From Amphiscolops sp. MND2022 (taxonomy: Eukaryota): a DNA stretch of 64,000 nt. The notes under the pieces were generated by a model. It worked only from the letters and a program-made list of their open reading frames with translations, was not told the origin of the DNA and ran no database searches. The position numbers and the translations under genes are program-made. Of the stretch, positions 49,301 through 61,300 are shown in pieces. The stretch is taken from positions 4,962,001 to 5,026,000 of the forward strand of contig OZ076409.1 of the NCBI GenBank assembly GCA_964187785.1. The letters are read 5' to 3'. Within the stretch, counting starts at the first letter, position 1, and each line of letters starts with the position of its first letter.

Positions 49301-52300
49301 TCCAAACACGGCCTTCCACCCTTTAAGCTTTCGAAACCTTTCCCGAGTCAATCACAAGCGCAATAAGTGATGAACGTTTTTTGGGAAAACCTTGTTTCCT
49401 GTTAATAAGGGATGGCCATGACTGCGGTGTTGATCTAGGCACTAATCTACGCAACGTTCTTCATCCTGTTTAACAACTTGGTACCGATTTCGCTGATGTA
49501 CACAGTGGAGATGGTGAAAATCATACAAGCATACTTCATCAACTCGGTCAGTTAGTTAGTTCGGCTGCCTTTTCGTGACCATTGGGAACTTTTCTATCGT
49601 TTCAAATGTCAGGATGTCACCTCTCTTGCTTACCTCGTAGTGGGTTGGGACCATATGTCGTACCCCCCAAGTGGCCGCAAGGGGGAAATAAGACACAAGG
49701 TTCAAATACCATATGTCGACATCGTTTGAGTTGAAATTTTGGTCAATAAAATAATTGATGTCGGCATAATCCGCATTTTAAAAGAGTGAACATTTAAAGC
49801 AAAGCTTCAATTAATTTTTATATGATATGAAATATTTATTAGAGTTTTGACTGTTTCTTTTCAAAAAATGTTTGAGCTGTTGCTATTTTTGGAAAATCAA
49901 AATATACTGGCTTCTACAAATCAAAATACTGTCTCGAAGCGCCGAAAATTTTCCCCGTTTTTTGAACTTTTGCCTTTATTGGAATAAATTTCTAAAATTT
50001 CTCTAATTTGATTGAATTGACTGCAAAGCTACGACGCTATTCATACATTTTTATGTAGTTTGTGTTGTAGGACCCGCAGATGGTGTACAACTTGATTGGG
50101 GCCAAAGCCAGGACTTCTAACTTGAACGACGAGTTGGGACGAATCAAGCACGTCTTCTCGGACAAAACAGGTACCCTGACTCAAAACAAAATGGAGTTCA
50201 AGAAGTGCTTCATCCACACCACTGCATTCGACACTGAAGCAGGTTAGTACACTCACTCCCCTCTCCTTCCGATTACCAGAAAACTCTACACAACAAAATT
50301 CAACACAAAAAATTGCAACTTCTCGTATAACTTATTCGTTTCACTTTTCACGAAAATTGTGCACAATGGTTTAGTAATTAGTTGATAGTTTTGTGAATCA
50401 TTGTAGAAATAGAATAGTAACACTGAATATTTTCGTTATATGTAAATATAATTGAACGAGGCATTGGTATAACCGAGTGCGAACATAAAAAATCCCAAGT
50501 CACAAATTAGTTAATTAAATGAGACATACTCAAATAAATATGTAAATGAGTTCGAAAGTTTGTTGAATTTTCTGTGTTGAGTTTTCTTGTGATTAGTTTT
50601 CCGTACCCCCTCTTTCCACCTCGCCAATCAATCTACTGCTGCTGAAAATTGAACCTGACTCAATGAAATGAACTGCTTAGAATTCGGTTCCGAATCAGTG
50701 TTGTTACATTGTTGAAAAAAATTCGTGGATACCAACTGTCTTATTTTGTATGAATTTAATCACAATTATTCAGTCATATGGTTATTGTGAATTTGAAAAG
50801 ATTTGGAATTTTCACCATATGGTTCAACCATTCGTTAAACAATTGGTTAACTGTGATTCGAATAACTAATTGGTTATGAAAGAAACAAACTGTTACGAGT
50901 TGCTGGCATGCTTAGTATGCTAAGATCCAAATAATGTGGAAAACAATCCAGTCAGTAATGGGTGCTTCCCTTGTGCCATTCTTCAATGTGTAATACAAAG
51001 TTGTTTTTGGGCAAGGTGTTTATTTTTTTGTTTAGAAAATTGACGCACAAATGATTGATCAAGGGCTCTGTTCTACTAGCACCAAACACATAAGACTATG
51101 ATCGATGCTCTGCAGATGCTGAATGGATATTTGAACAAAACGAGAACGTCCAAAGTCGGCGCTACATCTAAGCTCAAAAAGCGCTGTTTTTAAAATACGC
51201 GTTGGACGTTTTCATGAAAAACTCCTGTTTTCGAACCCCCGCCTCCTCCTTACTAAAAGGCAATATAGTTCGGATATAACGTCAAAAGTTCGGATACAGC
51301 GCTTTATTCCGGATAATAAGAGGGAAGACTTCAATAAAAACGACGGGGGGACCCTTTGGAGACAAAAAATTAAAAAGTCGCACAGAGCCGAAAAAAATTG
51401 AAATGGGGACCCTTCAGTCTTGTCCAGTTTGTATGTTACGTTTAAAAATTAAAAAAAAATGAAAGGGGGATCCTTTACAATAACTTATATGCGTTTCCCA
51501 CGTATTCGTTTAGTTGAACAAACTGAACAGAAATTTTGTCGCTTCGAGTCTGTTTTGAAAAAAAAAGACGAGTGACTGTAATATTCGGGCTCTTTTAATT
51601 AACAAAAGCGCCGACTAAAAACCTGTTGTCCTTGAAATCACGATCGCAATTCGTTCAAGTTTCCCAATCTTGAAAAGTCTCATCAAATCCTTTCCAAATA
51701 AAGATCGTTCTACTTCAATGGTTTCTTCCAGTTTTTTCCCAACATCAATTAAATAAATCAGGGGATTAGTTAATGAAGAACTTGTGATTTGTTCAGAACT
51801 GACCAAAGATTTCGTGGAGCAAAACTTCGTACAGCGGGACTCAAACACGACTGCCTCGCTGCTGCACGAATACCTGTTGATGATGGCGATTTGCAACTCT
51901 GTCACCCCAAACGAGAAGGCCCACGCCGGCTTCATCTCAAACTCCCCTGACGAACATGCTCTGGTGCTGGGCGCCAAACACTTAGGTACAGGTTTCATAA
52001 TTACAAGCCCTTTTCATACTAATAAAAGCCGCGGCTTTTTTGACCTCTGTGGAATGAATGATTGCGGCTTTTATCCGAATTGATACTGTACTTCATTCTA
52101 TGAACCCCACTGTAGTGTCTGGAGCTACAATGTGTGCACATTTTTGCTTCAAGGCTGCTTTCAAAGAACATTTGAAATTGCGACAAAGCTAACAAATTTT
52201 GACACCCAAAATTTGAGATATTTTTTAGGTACGTGGAAAACGATTGCCTAATATGAACTTAGTGCCTACATCTTCCAGTTAAGATACCACAAACTTTGAA

Positions 52301-55300
52301 ACTTTCAACGGCTTTTGCATATCAAATGAGATAGCATCCGGTGGGATTTTGTTAGTTTTTGGTTTTATCCTGTTTTGTTCCTGGTTTAAAGTAATGATGC
52401 AAAGCTTGAATTCCAATTTCATTTCTCTGAAACGTTTTTCTCAGCATTACAGCAGTATTTCAGGATAGACGTGTGAACAAAAAGTTTCACATGCAGTTTT
52501 CATTTCTGAAGCTCAATTTTTCTTCAAAAAGTTTTCACACACTTCCTGTCATTTTCAACTGAAATTCAACGAGGACAGAAGTTTTGTCGGTGAGTATATT
52601 TGAGAAGTGGTGATTACATCAGATGAGTAGTTTGAACTGTCTTTACTAGGCTACACCCTGAAATCCCGTGGCAAAAACGGGTGTTCCGTGGAGACTCCGG
52701 ATGGCAACCAGGTGGAAGTGCGGGAAATTCACTCTGTCCCCTTCGACAGCAAGCGCAAACGCATGTCGCTGATTTTCGAGGAGATTTCTCCCAGTGGAGA
52801 GAAGAGTTTCAAGATTTTCACGAAGGGAGCCGATACTACCATGTTGGAGCGATTATCAGAAAGTGCCTTAAACGACTTCAAAACCAACGCTGCGCATCAA
52901 ATCAACGAGTACTCCAAGGAGGGTCTAAGGAGTCTGGTTTTTGCCAGTCGCAAAGTATTACACTCATTTCTACTTTTCGAAACTCTGTTGAAGAGCGAAC
53001 AAAAATTTGAAGAGCGAAAAATTAGATGACGTTAGAAGTTTTTTCTTCAACGGCAAAAAATCGAAAATTTCCTGTTAAAAAATCGTTTTTTTTTCATTTC
53101 AACTTTTGTCTTGCAGTCAAGGTATTTATAAAAGGTTTTTGCTGAGAATCCCTTCTGTGGCGGAGCCGCTTAAAAAAACGAGAAATTATGATTCAACAGT
53201 GGCATTAAATGGAAAATAATCAAATTTGGAGTAAATTAAAAAGCATTCTCATTTTTTCTCTCACTCAACTTCTTTATCAGTGGTCGTAATCGAATGATAA
53301 CTTGGATTGATTTAAACGATGCCGATTTTTCGATATCTTGGTTTCTGTCAACATTTTTTATTATGTTCTGCGATTATTTTTATTATTTTTTAAATTTCTG
53401 CGATATCAAAATTTTTTATGATTATCAGTTCTGCGATATCAAAATCTTTCCTCTTCAAATTTCCACTTGATTTTTTCGGTACTGATCTCACTGAAAGTGA
53501 ACCACCGTCAAATTGTTTTGAGTTGAGTTGATTTTCGAAATTTTTCAATCGATTTTCCCAACTCAATGTCTTTCAAATGGCGCAGGGTAATTGAAGGTGG
53601 TCCTATATAGATTGAATCACAGCATATCTAAATTTCTTGAACGATATTCAGGTGTTTGCAACAGTATTTTATTGACTCTAAAATTGAATTGCTTAGAAAC
53701 GTTTGCCTTTCCAACAACGTTTTCAGAGGAGAATGTTTTTGGAAAGCTTCATTTTGAACCAACATCCTTTTGGTTGGTCGTCCATCTCTAATGCAAGCAA
53801 TTAATTGTAAAAAAAACACCTTCACCCAGTTTTCAAGTTGCTGGAAACTTTTTAGCTGACTTTTTTTGTGCAGCATTTCTGATTTTGCCAATAAAAATTA
53901 CAACTAACTGGCATAGTTCAAAACCAAAAAGGTAGTTTGAATGGTCTAACAAGACGGGAACGTCTCAAGTCGGCGCTATATCTAAGGCTCCAAAAGCGCA
54001 AAACATTTTTTGGAAAAAAACTTGAAATTTTCGAAAAAAAATTCTTTCGGAAAATGTCGCACAGTGCCGAAAAATGTAAAAGGGGAGACCCTTTTTGATT
54101 TATAAACACGCATTCTGTAGCAAAATAACAAAAAACTCAAAGGGGGACCCTTTGGGGACATTGAAAAAAATTTTTTTGGGGGAAAAAGTCGCACAGTGCC
54201 AAAAAAAATCGAAAGGGGGGACCATTTAGTCCCGTCCGGGCTTGCAGGTAACTTTAAAAAGTAAAAAACCAAAGGGGGGATCCTTTGGAATAATTTACAT
54301 GCGTTTCCCTGGTACATTTAGTTTCCTTTAGTTGAACGTTAACGTTCGTCGCTTCGAGTCTGTCTTGAATAAAAAAAACGAGTGACTGTAATAGTCGGGC
54401 TCTTTTCTTAAGAAAAGCGCCGACTAAAAAATCCACTGTCCGACTTGTGAAGCGATGTTTTTTGCGATCTTTCCACTCTGAATTTTTTGTTGATCTTTTT
54501 GTTCAACGTAGTCAAATGGCGGTTCCTAAATATATGTTCCCTAAAATTGCGCACCGAATCAACTTTGTTAATAAAGGTGACCCAAGACGAAGTTACCAAC
54601 CTGGACACAATTCTGGGCAAACTCTCTGACCCCAAGACAGCTGCCGAAGAGAAGTTCCTATTGGACAGAGATTACGAAGAGATGATTGGCCAATTAGAAT
54701 CCAGCATGAATCTCATTGGCTGCTCGGCAGTAGAGGATAAACTACAGGATGGAGTTCCTGAGTGCATATACTCTTTAAGAGCAGCTGACATCAATGTATG
54801 GATGCTCACTGGTTAGTATAAACCTGGATAAAATGACAAAAAAGATTTAGGTAAGTTATCCAGTAACAGAAAACAAAACGAGAACGTCTAAAGTCGGCGC
54901 TATATCTAAGGCTCAAAAAGCGCAAAACATTTTTTTTCGAAAAAATCTTGAAATTTTCGAAAAAACATGAAATTTTCGAAAAAAAAAATTTTTAAGGAAA
55001 ATGTCGCACAGGCAGAAAAAAATCAAAAGGGGTACCCTTTAGCCTCGGACGGTTTTGTAGATTACGTTAAAAAAGTACAAAATGAAAGGGGGGACCCTTT
55101 GGAGACAAAAAAAATTTCGAAAAAAAAGTCGCACAGTGCCGAAAAAAAATCGAAAAAATCGAAAGGGGGGGACTCTGTAGTCCCGTCCGGTTTTGTAGGT
55201 TACTGTGAAAAAGGTTTGCACTAAATTTGCCTTGGCCTCTTTGCCGGACTGGGCGCCTTGGGTGGTTTCAGGATTGCTCCTAAAAAGTGGACCGATCAGT

Positions 55301-58300
55301 GTGAGGCTGAAGAAAAAAAAGGTCACTGCTATAGTCGGGCATTTTTCCTTAAAAGGAAAACGCGCCGACTAACAAGGCGGAAACGTCTCAAGCCGGCTCA
55401 CCGTCTGATGCTGAAAAATCACAAAGTACTCCAAATATACTAAAAGGATATTTCTAGGACAATTCTCTACAGTTCCGAAAAATACTCTTTGGGCTTGAGA
55501 GGACTTTTTTCTAAGTGAGGAGGTGTCAAAAAACCAAAAAAGAGCCCTGTGCTTTCTTTTAGTTTCGTAGCTCATGTAAAAACGTGGGATGTTGAAAAGT
55601 AGTCTGGAAGTTATTAGAAAGTGAACTGACAAAAAAGAACTTGTCACATTTTACAAACACGTGCCGACTAAAAACTCAGACATAAACAGCTGAATTCAGT
55701 ACCCGGTAAAGTCTAAATTTCTTGTAAATGTTATGAATGCCAATACTGGACAATTTTTTCTAGAAAGACAAATTATGAAGTTTCATCGATAGTTCAAATT
55801 CGCCTACTTTTGCCAATGTCGTAGCACAAATGGCAGTGAAATACGCGAGCCCTTAAAGTGTATTTCTGGTTGACAGAGTTTTGACATCGCAATTTTTTCG
55901 CTAATCGCTAAACCGCTAATTTCAAAATCGCTATTCAGCTGAAAAACGTTTTCTTCAAACTATTAAATGTTTGAATTGAAGTATGTTTGCTTCATGTTTA
56001 GGAGACAAGCTAGAGACAGCATATGAGATCGCCCATTCTTGCCAACTGTTCTCCTCCAACTCTGACTCCTTCAAGGTGCACAAACTGGAGTCCTCACCCG
56101 ATGACACCCTCGATTCAGTGCTGGGTGACATGAAACTCATCTCGCACGAGATCACCAAGTACCCCTCCAGCCACCAACACGGACTCATATTCGAGGGTCA
56201 GTTCAGTGACGTCATTCCCTTTAGTCACTCATCTAACCCTAACACTGATCGAGAATACTGCAACTTTTTACATGCAGCATTAAACCATGCAGGCTAATTT
56301 TTTTTTAAAAAAAATAGAATATTCAGGGACCCTGCATGGAGTATTCTCGTAAAACTTCCCCTGCAGCTTGGAAAATTATTCACTCATCTGTTCCTAATTT
56401 ATCACGTCTGTCTGTTGGGCCTTCTGGTTTTGCAAATGTGCGTTGACCAGAATTTTTCATCGAAGATTTTCATGTTTGCTTGAAATACTCTTGACTTGTT
56501 TTTCCAAAAATAAAATGAAATTACATACATCAAGATATTTTTCCGAAGGAGTATTAAAAATCGCCCAGTTTTGTTTTTTTTCTTCAGAATCAAAGTGTTG
56601 AAAGTTTCTTTCGGTTAGGAAATCGTTCTTCTCAAATTTCAATTTTCTACATTTCAATGAAGGTTTTCTGAAAGATATTTTTGCTTAGTATCATTCGCAT
56701 TAAACCTTATTTCGCGTGACACTTTTATTATCGAGAAATGATGGTTCAAAAGTGGGAATAAATGCAAACGTGGCAAATTTTTGACAGTTTTCAAAAGCAT
56801 TTTTCTCAATAATTTTCCACTCAAGTTCTTAAGCGGTATTGTAAACTAGTGTTGCTCAATAGTACTCTATTTTTAGTCGGCACATTTTTTCGAGTTTTCA
56901 TGAGGAAACTGCAGAAATGGTATGTGACCTATCTTTGGATCGACCGAAAGTTTATTTCTGTATTTTCTCATTCGTTTTTTAACGGCAAAGGAGCCGTTTT
57001 TTGATATTTTTATTTTTCTGAGAATCAAAGGGAGCAGAAAATGTCGCTGGTCGACTATTTTGAAGATCCTTTCCCTCCAAATTGCTCCATGCGATTGTTT
57101 TCAAATAAAGATTCACTATTTGAAAAATGGTTCAACCATATGGTTAAAATGTCCATGATTAAATGCTTATCAATAACCATTTGGTTAAATGTTTTTAAAC
57201 AAACATATGGTTAAATTTTTCTTAGCAATATTTTTCAAACCATTTAATTGGCTATATCCTAAATTGAACATTTAGTTTCCACTGAAAATATGAATGCATT
57301 CCGAACACGAAAAGTCTGTCGGAAAGAGGAATTCCGAAACATATGACAATGTGAGTTATGAATGTCATTTTTTACCTTACATTCCCACACTCTTGAATTT
57401 TTTGATATTTTACCTATTGACAACTGATATTTCTGTACTATCCAAATTTGTCATTTGCCAATGTTTGAAAAATTTTTGAGCGTCAGAATAATTTAATAAG
57501 CCTAATTGAAAAATGTTAAAGACTTTTGATTTTTTTTCTCCAAAGGGTCCCCCCTTCAGTTTCTTTGATATTTTACAACAGAATGGATGTTGAAAAATCC
57601 CAAAGGGTCCCCCTTTCAGTTTTTCGGCATTGTGAGACTTTTTTCCGAAAATTTGTTTTTTTCTCCAAAGGGTCCCCCTTCAACTGCGACAAAAATGTTG
57701 ACAATTTCGAAAGTGTCATCCTTTTAGCGCGCCAGGGGCTCGCGCTAGCGGGCCCCGGCGCGCCACTCAGTGCATTTTTTTTGGTTTTTCGATTTTCGAG
57801 TACTGTTGAAGAGAATACTTGATTGACACTTGGAAGTCCTTTTGCTATTTTTGAGCCTTGGATATGGCGCCGACTTATGCCGTTCCCGGCTTGTTTATCG
57901 TCACTGAGATTTTATTCGAAAGTTTTCAAATGTCTCCAAAGGCTCTCATTCCCTTTAGTCACTCATCTAACCCTGACACTGACCGAGAATACTGCAACTT
58001 TTTACATGCAGCATTAAACCATGCAGGCTATTTTTTTCTAAAAAACGTAGAACATTCAGGGACCCTGCATGGAGTATTCCTGCAAAACTTCCCTGCATCT
58101 TGGAAAATTATTCACTCATGTGTTCCTAATTTATTACGTCTGTCTGTTGGGCCTTCTGGTCTTGCAAATGTGCGTTGACCAGAATTTTTCATAGAAGATT
58201 TTCATGTTTGCTTGAAAGACTCTTGACTTGTTTTTCCAAAATTAAAATGAAATTACATACATCAAGATATTTTTCCGAAGGAGTATTAAAAATCGCCCAG

Positions 58301-61300
58301 TTTTGTCTTTTTTCTTCAGAATCAAAGTGTTGAAAGTTTCTTTCGGTTAGGAAATCGTTCTTCTCAAATTTCAATTTTCTACATTTCAATGAAGGTTTTC
58401 TGAAAGATATTTTTGCTTAGTATCATTCGCATTAAACCTTATTTCGCGTGACACTTTTATTATCGAGAAATGATGGTTCAAAAGTGGGAATAAATGCAAA
58501 CGTGGCAAATTTTTGACAGTTTTCAAAAGCATTTTTCTCAATAATTTTCCACTCAAGTTCTTAAGCGGTATTGTAAACTAGTGTTGCTCAATAGTACTCT
58601 ATTTTTAGTCGGCACATTTTTTCGAGTTTTCATGAGGAAACTGCAGAAATGGTATGTGACCTATCTTTGGATCGACCGAAAGTTTATTTCTGTATTTTCT
58701 CATTCGTTTTTTAACGGCAAAGGAGCCGTTTTTTGATATTTTTATTTTTCTGAGAATCAAAGGGAGCAGAAAATGTCGCTGGTCGACTATTTTGAAGATC
58801 CTTTCCCTCCAAATTGCTCCATGCGATTGTTTTCAAATAAAGATTCACTATTTAAAAAATGGTTCAACCATATGGTTAAGATGTCCATGATTAAATGCTT
58901 ATCAATAACCATTTGGTTAAATGTTTTTAAACAAACATATGGTTAAATTTTTCTTAGCAATATTTTTTAAACCATTTAATTGGCTATATCCTAATTTGAA
59001 CATTTAGTTTCCACTGAAAATATGAATGCATTCCGAACACGAAAAGTCTGTCGGAAAGAGGAATTCCGAAACAATTGACAATGTGAGTTATGAATGACAT
59101 TTTTTACCTTACATTCCCACACTCTTGAATTTTTTGATATTTTACCTATTGACAACTGATATTTCTGTACTATCCAAATTTGTCATTTGCCAATGTTTGA
59201 AAAATTTTTGAGCGTCAGAATAATTTAATAAGCCTAATTGAAAAATGTTAAAGACTTTTGATTTTTTTTCTCCAAAGGGTCCCCCCTTCAGTTTCTTTGA
59301 TATTTTACAACAGAATGGATGTTGAAAAATCCCAAAGGGTCCCCCTTTCAGTTTTTCGGCCTTGTGAGACTTTTTTCCGAAAATTTGTTTTTTCTCCAAA
59401 GGGTCCCCCTTCAACTGCGACAAAAATGTTGACAATTTCGAAAGTGTCATCCTTTTAGCGCGCCAGGGGCTCGCGCTAGCGGGCCCCGGCGCGCCACTCA
59501 GTGCATTTTTTTTGGTTTTTCGATTTTCGAGTACTGTTGAAGAGAATACTTGATTGACACTTGGAAGTCCTTTTGCTATTTTTGAGCCTTGGATATGGCG
59601 CCGACTTATGCCGTTCCCGGCTTGTTTATCGTCACTGAGATTTTATTCGAAAGTTTTCAAATGTCTCCAAAGGCTCTCATTCCCTTTAGTCACTCATCTA
59701 ACCCTGACACTGACCGAGAATACTGCAACTTTTTACATGCAGCATTAAACCATGCAGGCTATTTTTTTCTAAAAAACGTAGAACATTCAGGGACCCTGCA
59801 TGGAGTATTCCTGCAAAACTTCCCTGCATCTTGGAAAATTATTCACTCATGTGTTCCTAATTTATTACGTCTGTCTGTTGGGCCTTCTGGTCTTGCAAAT
59901 GTGCGTTGACCAGAATTTTTCATAGAAGATTTTCATGTTTGCTTGAAAGACTCTTGACTTGTTTTTCCAAAATTAAAATGAAATTACATACATCAAGATA
60001 TTTTTCCGAAGGAGTATTAAAAATCGCCCAGTTTTGTCTTTTTTCTTCAGAATCAAAGTGTTGAAAGTTTCTTTCGGTTAGGAAATCGTTCTTCTCAAAT
60101 TTCAATTTTCTACATTTCAATGAAGGTTTTCTGAAAGATATTTTTGCTTAGTATCATTCGCATTAAACCTTATTTCGCGTGACACTTTTATTATCGAGAA
60201 ATGATGGTTCAAAAGTGGGAATAAATGCAAACGTGGCAAATTTTTGACAGTTTTCAAAAGCATTTTTCTCAATAATTTTCCACTCAAGTTCTTAAGCGGT
60301 ATTGTAAACTAGTGTTGCTCAATAGTACTCTATTTTTAGTCGGCACATTTTTTCGAGTTTTCATGAGGAAACTGCAGAAATGGTATGTGACCTATCTTTG
60401 GATCGACCGAAAGTTTATTTCTGTATTTTCTCATTCGTTTTTTAACGGCAAAGGAGCCGTTTTTTGATATTTTTATTTTTCTGAGAATCAAAGGGAGCAG
60501 AAAATGTCGCTGGTCGACTATTTTGAAGATCCTTTCCCTCCAAATTGCTCCATGCGATTGTTTTCAAATAAAGATTCACTATTTAAAAAATGGTTCAACC
60601 ATATGGTTAAGATGTCCATGATTAAATGCTTATCAATAACCATTTGGTTAAATGTTTTTAAACAAACATATGGTTAAATTTTTCTTAGCAATATTTTTTA
60701 AACCATTTAATTGGCTATATCCTAATTTGAACATTTAGTTTCCACTGAAAATATGAATGCATTCCGAACACGAAAAGTCTGTCGGAAAGAGGAATTCCGA
60801 AACAATTGACAATGTGAGTTATGAATGACATTTTTTACCTTACATTCCCACACTCTTGAATTTTTTGATATTTTACCTATTGACAACTGATATTTCTGTA
60901 CTATCCAAATTTGTCATTTGCCAATGTTTGAAAAATTTTTGAGCGTCAGAATAATTTAATAAGCCTAATTGAAAAATGTTAAAGACTTTTGATTTTTTTT
61001 CTCCAAAGGGTCCCCCCTTCAGTTTCTTTGATATTTTACAACAGAATGGATGTTGAAAAATCCCAAAGGGTCCCCCTTTCAGTTTTTCGGCCTTGTGAGA
61101 CTTTTTTCCGAAAATTTGTTTTTTCTCCAAAGGGTCCCCCTTCAACTGCGACAAAAATGTTGACAATTTCGAAAGTGTCATCCTTTTAGCGCGCCAGGGG
61201 CTCGCGCTAGCGGGCCCCGGCGCGCCACTCAGTGCATTTTTTTTGGTTTTTCGATTTTCGAGTACTGTTGAAGAGAATACTTGATTGACACTTGGAAGTC

